Positions 27,604-35,708 of a stretch of 43,075 nucleotides of DNA are shown piece after piece. The position numbers were made by a program, and so were the translations under genes. The stretch is taken from positions 1-43,075 of IMG/VR virus record IMGVR_UViG_3300033417_000020; one strand, written 5' to 3'. This stretch comes from a virus. Lineage: Duplodnaviria; Caudoviricetes. The stretch's first letter is position 1. The number at the start of each line of letters is the position of its first letter. The notes under the pieces were generated by a model, which was given only the letters and a program-made list of their open reading frames with translations, ran no database searches and had not been told where the DNA came from.

Positions 27604-28359
27604 CTAGGGCGTGACGAGCACGCTCCAGGTGACTTCTTTCGCTTCTGAGCCGGCCGCGGCCGCAATACAGGTGCCGTAGAACCCCCAGGCCTTCTCGCGG
27701 GAATCCACGGCCGTGACGTACACCAGGCGGTCGAGGTCGGCGGTCACGCCGTGCAGCCACGTCCCGACTTCTCCCCGTTCATTGATCCTCGTCGTGTCCG
27801 GGAACGCAAGGGTAGAGTCGCTTCCCCAAGCGATGAGATCCCCCGGGCCGCGATCGGCGCAGGGCGCGCCAGCGTTGCCGTGGGCATCGTGCCGCTCAAG
27901 CCACAGCCAGGCCGAGTCACCAACGGCCACAGTCACCCCGCCGGCGGGGTGCTGCCAGAACCCCCAGGCGACGTCGGGCATCGCCTCTGCAGTCACGGTG
28001 TCGTCCACGAGCACGGCGCCGGTCTCCGGGTCGAGCGCCCGCGCCACGAGCCGCTGCTGTCCCGCCACCGTGCCGAGCGTCCACTTCTGCCGCGCCACGC
28101 CGTCGGTCCCCGAGTACGCCACGGGCGCGAAGACGCTCCCGCCGTCGAGCGCCGTCCAGTTTATGGGATAGTTAGGCACCGGCCCCGCGTCGGCCGCGAG
28201 GACGCGGAGCGCGATCATGTCCTTCAGCTCGCGCGCGACCGTGTCCACTTGGGCGGCGCCGGCGACCACCTGGAACGCGGTGGGCGTGAGCCGGGCCGAG
28301 GGGCCGCCGGCGTCGCTGCAGGCGGCGAGTAGGACCAGTAAGGGCAGGGAACGTCTCAT
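27604..28359 (-). CDS. Moron lipoprotein with Ig-like (Big_1-type) domain
   Basis: Lipobox MRRSLPLLVLLAA-C. VVAGAAQVDTV..L...RV.....PV....NW...GG.......TDG.A...WTLGT.AG.Q motif. SD GGAGG, start 28359. Confidence 0.75.
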   Translation of the reverse strand: MRRSLPLLVLLAACSDAGGPSARLTPTAFQVVAGAAQVDTVARELKDMIALRVLAADAGPVPNYPINWTALDGGSVFAPVAYSGTDGVARQKWTLGTVAGQQRLVARALDPETGAVLVDDTVTAEAMPDVAWGFWQHPAGGVTVAVGDSAWLWLERHDAHGNAGAPCADRGPGDLIAWGSDSTLAFPDTTRINERGEVGTWLHGVTADLDRLVYVTAVDSREKAWGFYGTCIAAAAGSEAKEVTWSVLVTP

Positions 28360-28490
28360 ACAAACACCCTCCATATGAAGGCGACAATCACCATCACAGC
28401 CCCGACGAGAAAGCAGGCCAGTGTCCACTTGGCTAGGCCCGCTACGACGGCCCGGGCGATCACCTGCTCGTCCTCTGGGGTGAGTGGCAT
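28356..28490 (-). CDS. 44-aa single-transmembrane peptide
   Basis: MPLTPEDEQVIARAVVAGLAKWTLACFLVGAVMVIVAFIWRVFV*. SD AGGAGAG and ATGA-coupled to the lipoprotein. Confidence 0.6.
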   Translation of the reverse strand: MPLTPEDEQVIARAVVAGLAKWTLACFLVGAVMVIVAFIWRVFV

Positions 28491-28648
28491 CTCTCCTACG
28501 ATGGACCGTAGGCCCGGTTTCGGCAACTCGGGGCGTCACGGGTCCGGAGTAACGCAGCGCACACCGCCCACGAGGTCTTAGCCTGGGCTGGTTCATTGCG
28601 CTGCCAGTCCCTAGATTGGAAGCATAGTCGGTTAGGCTAAACGTCGGC

Positions 28649-28689
28649 GAGGGCCCCAGGGGGCAATCCTCTGGGGCCCTTTTCGTTTT
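28649..28689 (+). terminator. Intrinsic terminator-like hairpin
   Basis: AGGGCCCCAGGGG-GCAAT-CCTCTGGGGCCCT followed by TTTCGTTTT. Confidence 0.7.
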
Positions 28690-28699
28690 CCGGGGGGTC

Positions 28700-28957
28700 G
28701 TGCTGATCCAAGCCACGGAGATCATCGGGGGCCTCGGGCTCGTGCCCAACGTGGCGGCGGCCGTCTGGCTCGTCTACGGCGGGGCGAAGCTGTGGCAGAC
28801 GCTCCGCGGCGGGAACGGGAACGGCAAGGCCGTCGCCGCCCAGCTCCGGTGGCTGCGCGAGCAGCTGAAGGAGGACGTCGCCGACGCGAACACGCTCTTG
28901 TTGGCGCGCTTCGAGCTCCTCATCGGCAACGCGATCCGGGAGGCCCGCCGTGGCTAG
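28700..28957 (+). CDS. Holin/antiholin-like membrane protein
   Basis: One hydrophobic segment plus a helical tail. First gene of the lysis cassette. Confidence 0.45.
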   Translation: MLIQATEIIGGLGLVPNVAAAVWLVYGGAKLWQTLRGGNGNGKAVAAQLRWLREQLKEDVADANTLLLARFELLIGNAIREARRG

Positions 28958-29258
28958 GGTCCTCGTGGTCGACGACGATCCCAGCGTGCTCCGCCTGATG
29001 CTGACCTGGCTCGCCGAGGCGGGCTATGACGCGATCGGCGCGAGCCGGGTCCGCGAGGCCCAGCTGCTGCCGGGCCCGTTCGCGGCGCTGGTGCTCGACA
29101 TCGGGTTGCCGAACGGCCAGCCGCGGGACGTGCAGGCGGCGCATCCGGGCGTGCCGACGCTCACCGTCTCGGGCGATCTCCAGGCCGGGTTGCGCAAGCC
29201 CTTCGTCGGCCGGGACCTGGTGGCGGCGGTGCAGGCGGTGATCGGAGGCGGCGCGTGA
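28950..29258 (+). CDS. Stand-alone response regulator receiver (CheY-like) domain
   Basis: RVLVVDDDPSVLRLM, LVLDIGLP (phospho-Asp), TVSG (Ser/Thr) and LRKPF (Lys-Pro). Confidence 0.85.
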   Translation: MARVLVVDDDPSVLRLMLTWLAEAGYDAIGASRVREAQLLPGPFAALVLDIGLPNGQPRDVQAAHPGVPTLTVSGDLQAGLRKPFVGRDLVAAVQAVIGGGA

Positions 29259-29617
29259 AGCCACCCGAAGAGACCGACAGTTTTGCGCAGCTGCGCGACA
29301 TGGGCGTGCCGCGGGAGCGGGCGCGCGTGAAGGTGCACAGCACCCGCCGCGGCTGGCTGTTCCTGTTCGCCGGGAGCATCTGCATCGCGGCCGCGTTCGC
29401 GTTCATCATCTGGACGATGCACGTCACGAAGGGCGCGCCGAGCGTGGCGCTCCTGATCTTCGCGGCGCTCCCCGGGTTGCCGGGGGCGTACTTCCTCCTC
29501 GCCGGCGGGCACCTGATCAGCGGGGACGCCATGCGGGCGGCCGAAGCCTCGGGCGGCATCGTGGCCCGCACGGCAGCGCGGGCGCTGAAGATCGCCCGCG
29601 TGAAGGACCCGACATGA
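29255..29617 (+). CDS. Two-transmembrane protein, putative holin
   Basis: Two hydrophobic helices and a basic C-terminus, directly upstream of the lysin candidate. Confidence 0.55.
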   Translation: MKPPEETDSFAQLRDMGVPRERARVKVHSTRRGWLFLFAGSICIAAAFAFIIWTMHVTKGAPSVALLIFAALPGLPGAYFLLAGGHLISGDAMRAAEASGGIVARTAARALKIARVKDPT

Positions 29618-30108
29618 GGCTCCAGATCCTGCGCAAGGAGCGGATCCCCGACGGCGTCTTCGGCGAGCTGCTCGTCCTGGGCGACGAGCTGGACGCCGAG
29701 CCACCGGCACCGTTGCAGCTGCAGACGATCGAGGATGACTGGCGCGACAACGCGCCCAAGATCTCGTGCATCCCCGCGGGGATCTACACGCTGCAGCGAA
29801 CGATCTATCACAAGCACGGCTACGAAACGTTCGAGGTCGTCGGGGTTCCGGATCGCTCGCGCATCCTGATTCACCCCGCGAACACCGAGGAGGACCTCGA
29901 GGGCTGCATCGGCGTGGGCCTGCGCCGTGGGAAGATCCGTGTCGCGAAGGACGAGGACACGGGTGAAGTCAATGTCTTGAAGCACGCCGTCGTCGCGAGC
30001 CGCGAGGCGTTCCGGCGGCTGATGGAGGTGATGGCGCCCGTCGATGCCGCAACGATCGAGGTCATCTGGATCGGCGACTTGGGTCCTTCGCCCGCGGTGC
30101 CGGCGTGA
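29614..30108 (+). CDS. DUF5675 family protein, putative endolysin
   Basis: TIEDDWRDNAPKISCIPAGIY...VPDRSRILIHPANTEEDLEGCIGVG. Confidence 0.8.
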   Translation: MRLQILRKERIPDGVFGELLVLGDELDAEPPAPLQLQTIEDDWRDNAPKISCIPAGIYTLQRTIYHKHGYETFEVVGVPDRSRILIHPANTEEDLEGCIGVGLRRGKIRVAKDEDTGEVNVLKHAVVASREAFRRLMEVMAPVDAATIEVIWIGDLGPSPAVPA

Positions 30109-30440
30109 GACTCCGCGACCTGCTCGACCCCGACCGCGACTGGCGCACCCTCGCGACGATCCTGCACTACGCCGGCTGCTTCGTGCTCTGCGCGCTGTTC
30201 GACGCGCTGCCTGGGTTCGTCGGGATCTCCCTGCTCGGCGCGTTCCTCCTGACCGTGTGGACCGCGGCGGTCTACGAGGCGGGCCAGACCGACGCCGCCT
30301 ATAGCATCAAGGATGCCGGCGGCAAACGCTACGCGGGTCGGCCGGGCTTCGGGTTCGGGCTCATGGACCTCGCGGCGGGGATCCTCGGGGCACTGACGTG
30401 GGCGATCCCCCGCTGGTTCCTCGCTGCGGTGCTCGGATGA
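30105..30440 (+). CDS. Multi-pass membrane protein
   Basis: About three hydrophobic segments. LHY...YE..Q...DLAA motif. Confidence 0.65.
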   Translation: MRLRDLLDPDRDWRTLATILHYAGCFVLCALFDALPGFVGISLLGAFLLTVWTAAVYEAGQTDAAYSIKDAGGKRYAGRPGFGFGLMDLAAGILGALTWAIPRWFLAAVLG

Positions 30441-30502
30441 CCTGGTGGGAGGCGGTGCTCGTCATGTGGGCGACGTGGTGGACGGCGATCGCGCATGAGT
30501 AA
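30437..30502 (+). CDS. 21-aa Trp-rich micro-ORF
   Basis: MTWWEAVLVMWATWWTAIAHE*. ATGA-coupled and bridges to 30495. Confidence 0.35.
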   Translation: MTWWEAVLVMWATWWTAIAHE

Positions 30503-30728
30503 ATCGGCGCTGTTCTGGACCAGCTGTGCGGCGGCGCTGCTCGCGAGTGCGGCCACGGCAGCGGTGATCCCGCACCAGGTTCCCCGGGTGTGCTGCCGGG
30601 CAGTCCTCCCCGCGAAGGGCGACACCGTGCGACTGGCCGTGATCTGTGCCGACGTGTACCCCCGGGATTCGCTGGGGGCTGTGCGGATCACGCGGGCATG
30701 GGCGCTCGAGAAAGAGGGGGCACGATGA
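30495..30728 (+). CDS. Small secreted protein
   Basis: Signal-peptide-like N-terminus, coupled to the next gene. Confidence 0.5.
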   Translation: MSKSALFWTSCAAALLASAATAAVIPHQVPRVCCRAVLPAKGDTVRLAVICADVYPRDSLGAVRITRAWALEKEGAR

Positions 30729-31252
30729 CGTTGAGCGGACGGGTTACGGGATACATCGTCGCCGGCGCGATCGCCGCGGCGCTATTGTTCTGGACCTTCG
30801 GGCGCATCTCGGCGTTCCTGGGGCACCAGGACGCGATGATCACCGAAGCCTCGCGGGCGCAACTGAAGGTGCACGCGACGCTCGTGCGCCAGCGCCAGCA
30901 GCTCCTCGCGCTCGAGCGCCGATTCGCCACCCAGGCGAGCGCCAGCCGCACGGCCGCCGACTCCCTACGCCGGCTCCTCGCCACCGGGCAGCGGGTGGAT
31001 ACCGTGCAGGTCCTCGTCGAGATCGCGACCCGCGACTCGAGCGCCGCGGAGAGCTGCGGGCGGGCGCTGGTCACCTGCCAGGCCCGGGCCGCCTCGGCCG
31101 AGGCGGAAGCGGACTCCCTGCACAAACGGCTCACCGACCAGGTCACGGTGCGGGACCGGCGCTGCGGGCTATTCGGCGGGGTTGGAACGGCGGCGGGCTG
31201 GAAGGCTGGCGCCGGCCTCACCCTCGGCGTGGGGTGCCGACTCTGGCCCTGA
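30725..31252 (+). CDS. Spanin-like protein
   Basis: N-terminal TM, long Ala/Arg coiled coil and Gly-rich beta-like C-terminus. Last gene of the lysis cassette. Confidence 0.5.
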   Translation: MTLSGRVTGYIVAGAIAAALLFWTFGRISAFLGHQDAMITEASRAQLKVHATLVRQRQQLLALERRFATQASASRTAADSLRRLLATGQRVDTVQVLVEIATRDSSAAESCGRALVTCQARAASAEAEADSLHKRLTDQVTVRDRRCGLFGGVGTAAGWKAGAGLTLGVGCRLWP

Positions 31253-31277
31253 GCCCGCAGACGTCTGCACTCAGGGC
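31246..31277. repeat. Inverted repeat between convergent genes, with palindromic core GCAGACGTCTGC
   Basis: GCCCTGAG...CTCAGGGC arms. The 16-mer CCGCAGACGTCTGCAC recurs at 37283-37298. Confidence 0.7.
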
Positions 31278-31867
31278 TCGGCGCTGGGCTTCTCCTTCGC
31301 GAGATCCGCTGCCATCGCCTTGAGCATCTCCGACCGGATCTCGCGCGCCATCGCCGGATAGCCCAGGTCGTCGAGCGCCCCGCACAGCGACACCATGGCC
31401 CGCAGGAGGCTCGGACCCTGGAGTTCCTGCGCCTCGATGCCCTGGCGCACGGCGCGGACCGCTATCTCTCGCTGCACGTCCTTCGGCAAGCGTTGGAGTA
31501 CCTCAAGCACCGCGCCCCAGGCCGACGCCGGCCCTGTTAGTGGGTGGCGGCACGTCTTGGTCCGCAAGTACGGCGGGGCCATCACGGTCGCCCCGGTAGT
31601 GGACGCGCCGGCGGGGGTTTCTTGGGCTCCGCGCAAGTCGTCAGCGACGGCGATATGTAGCTGCCGTAGCGTCAACCCGAAGGCGCGCGCAAGTCGTTTC
31701 AGCGTATCGCTATCGGGGGCTGTCTCCCGCTTGAAAGTACGGGACAAGACGTCCGGCCCCACCCTTGCACGTCGTCCAAGTTCGGCCTGCTTCCACTCCC
31801 GCCGAGCCATCTCTCGCTCGATCCACTGCACGTACAGTTCCGCTAACTCGTTATCCTGCTGGCCCAT
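31271..31867 (-). CDS. XRE/CI-like HTH repressor
   Basis: WKQAELGRRARVGPDVLSRTFKRETAPDSDTLKRLARAFG. Divergent from the early operon. Likely start is ATG 31867. No S24 peptidase domain is visible. Confidence 0.8.
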   Translation of the reverse strand: MGQQDNELAELYVQWIEREMARREWKQAELGRRARVGPDVLSRTFKRETAPDSDTLKRLARAFGLTLRQLHIAVADDLRGAQETPAGASTTGATVMAPPYLRTKTCRHPLTGPASAWGAVLEVLQRLPKDVQREIAVRAVRQGIEAQELQGPSLLRAMVSLCGALDDLGYPAMAREIRSEMLKAMAADLAKEKPSAEP

Positions 31868-31978
31868 AGCTCGGGGGTTGACTCTGCTTGGACGACACGC
31901 AATATTCTTGGCCGTCATACAACTGTTAACCGTTCCTCGACGGCTGCTAACAAAACGCGAGGCAGCATAGCCCCTCAC
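31868..31978. promoter_or_regulatory. Divergent immunity/control region
   Basis: AT-richer gap between the repressor and the first rightward early gene. Contains TTGACT-N17-AATATT on the + strand. Confidence 0.55.
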
Positions 31979-32236
31979 ATGGCCCGTCGCAAGTCACACA
32001 AACGGCATCCGCTGGCCAAGGGGCCCCCGGTCGGCGTGCGCCTGAATGAGCAGGAGATGGCCGATCTCACGGAATGCGCCTCGCTTGAGAGCGTGTCGCG
32101 CGACGAGATCGTCCACGAAGCGACGCTCCTGCGGGACCTGGGGATGCCCCGTGTCCGCGAGCGGCTCGCCGAGCTGAAGGCCGCCGAGCAGGCGCGGCGC
32201 GAGCAGCTCTCCCTCGAGCCCGCGGTCAACCAGTAG
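31979..32236 (+). CDS. Cro-position small DNA-binding protein (ribbon-helix-helix-like)
   Basis: PVGVRLNEQEMADL strand-helix pattern, divergent from the repressor. Confidence 0.5.
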   Translation: MARRKSHKRHPLAKGPPVGVRLNEQEMADLTECASLESVSRDEIVHEATLLRDLGMPRVRERLAELKAAEQARREQLSLEPAVNQ

Positions 32237-32239
32237 CCC

Positions 32240-32815
32240 ATGCCGACCACTCTCCCCGCTGGGAGTCCTGTCGCCATCGCCGAGCCTGTCGCGCCGCCGC
32301 CATGCGTCGGGGCCTTCTGGGCCAAGGTCACGAGGACGACAAGCTGCTGGCTTTGGAACGGGGCCACGGATGGCCGCCACTACGGTGTCTTTCACGTTCC
32401 TGGGACCAAGAACGGCGTTGAGAAAGCCCACCGCTTCGCATGGCGCCTGACACATGGGCCAATCCCCCCCGGATCCTGCGTTTGCCATCACTGCGACACA
32501 CCAGGCTGCGTCCGACCAGATCACCTGTTCCTCGGCGATCACACCGCCAACATGCGGGACGCCGCGCAGAAGGACCGCTTCCCGCGCGGGCTTCGGAGTG
32601 CGCTTCAGCGCGAACGGATGGCCGACCCCCGGAATCGCGCTGCCATCGCCGCGAAGTTGAGGGGCCCGAGGCCACCCAAGACGCATTGCCGCCGCGGGCA
32701 TCCCCTCTCCGGATACAACGAGGTGATCGCCAGAGACGGCAAGCGGAGTTGCCGGACCTGTAAGGTCGAATGCACGAGATCGTGGCGCCGTCAACGCGCC
32801 GTGGGGACGACATGA
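32240..32815 (+). CDS. HNH homing-type endonuclease
   Basis: CWLWNG, YGVF, AHRFAW, VCHHCDTPGCVRPDHLFLGDHTANMRD and C-terminal THCRRGH...CRTC. Confidence 0.88.
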   Translation: MPTTLPAGSPVAIAEPVAPPPCVGAFWAKVTRTTSCWLWNGATDGRHYGVFHVPGTKNGVEKAHRFAWRLTHGPIPPGSCVCHHCDTPGCVRPDHLFLGDHTANMRDAAQKDRFPRGLRSALQRERMADPRNRAAIAAKLRGPRPPKTHCRRGHPLSGYNEVIARDGKRSCRTCKVECTRSWRRQRAVGTT

Positions 32816-33132
32816 GCGGCATTCTCGTTCAAGTGGAAACTCCCGCCGAGCATTGTAGGAACGCGCTGCAGACGCTGCGCGGCGCCGAGGTCGACGCCAC
32901 GGCCCACATCCGGCTCACGGCCGCCGAGTACGCCGGGATTTGCTCGCGGCTGCACCGCGCCATCGAGCAACTGGAGACCCCTGCGTCGGGAGAACGCGAG
33001 ATCGCACGCTCGCGTGTTGCTCCAACAGGCATCGGCCCGGCGCAGGCTCCGCTCGATTATGCCGTCAACGACGGCGGTGATGGCACCGACGGCATCGAGC
33101 CCTACTCCGACGCGGAGTACACCGGGCTATGA
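32812..33132 (+). CDS. Hypothetical protein
   Basis: ATGA-coupled at both ends. Confidence 0.6.
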   Translation: MSGILVQVETPAEHCRNALQTLRGAEVDATAHIRLTAAEYAGICSRLHRAIEQLETPASGEREIARSRVAPTGIGPAQAPLDYAVNDGGDGTDGIEPYSDAEYTGL

Positions 33133-33566
33133 CGCCGCCGAACGTCGCCCGCCTCCCGCGCTGGGGCCAGTCAGGACGCGCCGACCCCGTAGCGAAATAC
33201 GTTGCGCCACGCCTCGGGATGCGACCTGGCGCGGTCGAGCAGCTCATGAAGCAGGTGAATCATCGGTGCGCGGCCATCGTCGCCGCCTTCGTCGCCCTCG
33301 GCGACCTGGAGCGCGGCGAGCGGTTCGTCCGGCCGATCCTCACGGCGTGGGACGGGCGCCAGGCCCCGCCGCTCGTGGCCGCGACGTGGCACCTGGCCCA
33401 GCAGGCGGACGCGGGCGAGGACGTGGACGAGCTCGCGTATCAGCTCGACCCCTCGGACGCGAATCTCGACCGGCTAATCCGGGCGAAGGACCGCGCCATC
33501 CTGCGCGAAGTGGCGTTGCGGGATGCGTTGGTGGCCAAGCAGGCCAAGCGCAGACTGGCGCGATAA
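33129..33566 (+). CDS. Hypothetical protein
   Basis: Coupled ORF with strong codon bias. Confidence 0.65.
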   Translation: MTPPNVARLPRWGQSGRADPVAKYVAPRLGMRPGAVEQLMKQVNHRCAAIVAAFVALGDLERGERFVRPILTAWDGRQAPPLVAATWHLAQQADAGEDVDELAYQLDPSDANLDRLIRAKDRAILREVALRDALVAKQAKRRLAR

Positions 33567-33569
33567 CCG

Positions 33570-34250
33570 ATGCCCATGACAGAGAGCGAGAAGGACACGA
33601 TTCGCAAGCTCCCGTGCGGGCAGTGCGGGGCGGTCCCGCCCTTTGCTGACGGCAGCCTTTGTCATCCGCACCGCCTCGTGCCCGCGCGGGGATACGCCTC
33701 AGGCAACGTGGAGCCGCGGTGTCCAACCTGTCATGCGGGCGAGGCTGGCCACCGCGCGTTCACAGCACACGCCCGGGCGGCTGGGCTGCAAGTACATGAA
33801 GTACATCCGACACTCGCTCGCGAGAATGGCCTCAAGGGGTTTGGCTCCAACCGTGAGGCCGCGAAAGCAGCGAGTCTGCGCGCGCATTCGCTACACCCGA
33901 CACTCTCCCACGAGGGTGGGCGCGCGAGTTTCGGGGCAGACCGGCAACGAGCAATTGAAGCCGGGCGGAAGGGCGGGCGCCGTTTTCAATCCGTTGACCC
34001 CGCTCGGGCTGCAGCGCAGCGGCGTCGTGCGGTGGGCGCATACATGGCGACGATGACGCCCGAGGATCACGCCGCCAAGATGGCGGAGGCACGGAAGGCA
34101 CGGTGGGCCAAACCCCGCACCCATTGCAAGCGCGGTCACGAACTGACGCCCGAGAATAGGTATCAGTGGCCGAACAGCCCCCGGTGGAGTTGTCGTATGT
34201 GTGCCCGAGACCGGCGTGAAGCATATGTCGCCCGGCGGGGGCTCCAGTGA
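33570..34250 (+). CDS. HNH-like protein with KGG-like repeats and THCKRGH zinc domain
   Basis: CGQCG...HPHRLVP...GNVEPRCPTCH, AGRKGG and THCKRGH...CRMC. Confidence 0.55.
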   Translation: MPMTESEKDTIRKLPCGQCGAVPPFADGSLCHPHRLVPARGYASGNVEPRCPTCHAGEAGHRAFTAHARAAGLQVHEVHPTLARENGLKGFGSNREAAKAASLRAHSLHPTLSHEGGRASFGADRQRAIEAGRKGGRRFQSVDPARAAAQRRRAVGAYMATMTPEDHAAKMAEARKARWAKPRTHCKRGHELTPENRYQWPNSPRWSCRMCARDRREAYVARRGLQ

Positions 34251-34420
34251 TCGGGCATGTGATCGACACGATCGGCCCGCTCTGGCGCATGTCCCTCGCG
34301 ATCGCCGTGTTCGTCGCGGTCGTCCTCGGGGTCGAGTGGTGGCTGGCGCAGGAGGACGATGTGCAGCGGCTGCTCGACGAGCGCCGCGAGCAACTCCGCA
34401 GCGGGACGCGGGACGTATGA
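34247..34420 (+). CDS. Small membrane protein
   Basis: GTGA/ATGA-coupled 57-aa ORF with TM segment LAIAVFVAVVLGVEWWL. Confidence 0.55.
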   Translation: MIGHVIDTIGPLWRMSLAIAVFVAVVLGVEWWLAQEDDVQRLLDERREQLRSGTRDV

Positions 34421-34815
34421 CCCTGCTCTCCTGGCGGAGCGGGCGCTCGTGGTCCCAGTGGCATATCGCGGACCTTGGCCTGCCGCTCTGCGGGACGCCC
34501 GTCCCCGACGCCATCCAGGGGTTCTCGCACCGCGCGGCGCGGCCGCGCGACTGGTTCCACATCTGCGCCCGATGCCGCGAGCTCGCGCTCCGGCGGAGCC
34601 GGCCGGCCGGCGAGCCCCAGTGGCGGCTGTCGGCCCGCGATCCGCGCGACGGCACGTTCCGGGAGATCCTGGTCGTCGCCGCCGACACGCACGAGGCGGC
34701 GCTCGCTTTCATCCGCGCCAGCGCCGCGCAGAGCGTCCTGGCCTGCAGTCCGGACGACTACCGGCTCGAACCCATGCAGGAATCGATCCCCACCCTCACC
34801 GGAGGTAACCCATGA
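34417..34815 (+). CDS. Hypothetical protein with H..LCG..C..C motif
   Basis: WHIADLGLPLCG...ICARC. Coupled at both ends. Confidence 0.55.
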   Translation: MTLLSWRSGRSWSQWHIADLGLPLCGTPVPDAIQGFSHRAARPRDWFHICARCRELALRRSRPAGEPQWRLSARDPRDGTFREILVVAADTHEAALAFIRASAAQSVLACSPDDYRLEPMQESIPTLTGGNP

Positions 34816-35708
34816 CGGAAGCCTCGAAGTCCAAGGCGGTGGCCACGCAGCCCGAGCCGCCGCAGATCGCCGAAGCGCCCGACGCGCTCGAGCAGCAGCT
34901 CCTTGCCGATGCGAAGACGCCCCAAGAGCGGGCGCTGGCCTACCAGCTCGCCACCACGGCGCGGCAGCAGACGATGCTCCGCCGGACGGCGATGGCCGTC
35001 GCCGAGACGGGCTGGGGGAAGGATGTCTCGCCCGTCGCGCGCCAGGCGGTCGTGCGCTACTGCATGGAGATCGGGGCCGACCCGGTGCGGCACGTGCACA
35101 TCCTGGGCGGCACCGTCTACTTGAACGCCGCCTTCTGGATGGAGCTCGTCGCCGCGAACCCGAAGTTCCTGCGCGCCGCGCCGACGGAGTTCATCCACGA
35201 CGACGACCGGGCCACGCCCGAGGAACGCCAAGCGCGGAAGGCGCGGCGGGTCGAGTTCGGGGTGCCCGAGCAGGTCAAGGGCGCGGCCGTCGTCACGCTG
35301 TTCTACGCGGGCGACCGCGGCCCGTTCATCGGCGTCAACTGGGCGGGCTCCTACGGGAAGAAGCAGGACCCCGTCGGCGATCAGGACCCGACCAAGACGG
35401 CCGAGACGCGCGCCTACCGCCGGGCGGCGATCAAGGCCGAGCCCGCGTGGTTCCGCGATCACCCCCGGCTGCAGGCGGCGCAGGAATTGATCGTGCAGGG
35501 TCGCGAGCTCGAGCGGGCGGTGGACGCGCTGCCGCCGCTGGGCTTGAAGCCTGTGGCGACCGACGGCGGGTACGCCGAGGAACCCAGCGCGGCGTTGCCC
35601 GCGAAGGTGGGCGTGATCGAGAAGCATCAGCCGAACGCCATCTGCGGGCGCGAGGGCGAGCATCCGCGCGAGGAGTGCGGGCACTTCAAGGCCAAGGCGA
35701 CGGCGTGA
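34812..35708 (+). CDS. RecT/Red-beta-like single-strand annealing protein
   Basis: C...GADP..HVHIL, ELVAANPKF and DPTKTAETRAYRRAAIKA resemble the M..KT..R.A.R.A motif. SD GGAGG. Confidence 0.55.
   Translation: MTEASKSKAVATQPEPPQIAEAPDALEQQLLADAKTPQERALAYQLATTARQQTMLRRTAMAVAETGWGKDVSPVARQAVVRYCMEIGADPVRHVHILGGTVYLNAAFWMELVAANPKFLRAAPTEFIHDDDRATPEERQARKARRVEFGVPEQVKGAAVVTLFYAGDRGPFIGVNWAGSYGKKQDPVGDQDPTKTAETRAYRRAAIKAEPAWFRDHPRLQAAQELIVQGRELERAVDALPPLGLKPVATDGGYAEEPSAALPAKVGVIEKHQPNAICGREGEHPREECGHFKAKATA

Noticed and set aside
28356-28512. Type I toxin-antitoxin locus
   Set aside because: The hydrophobic peptide and SD hairpin fit, but it is coupled to a lipoprotein gene and no antisense RNA unit could be delimited.
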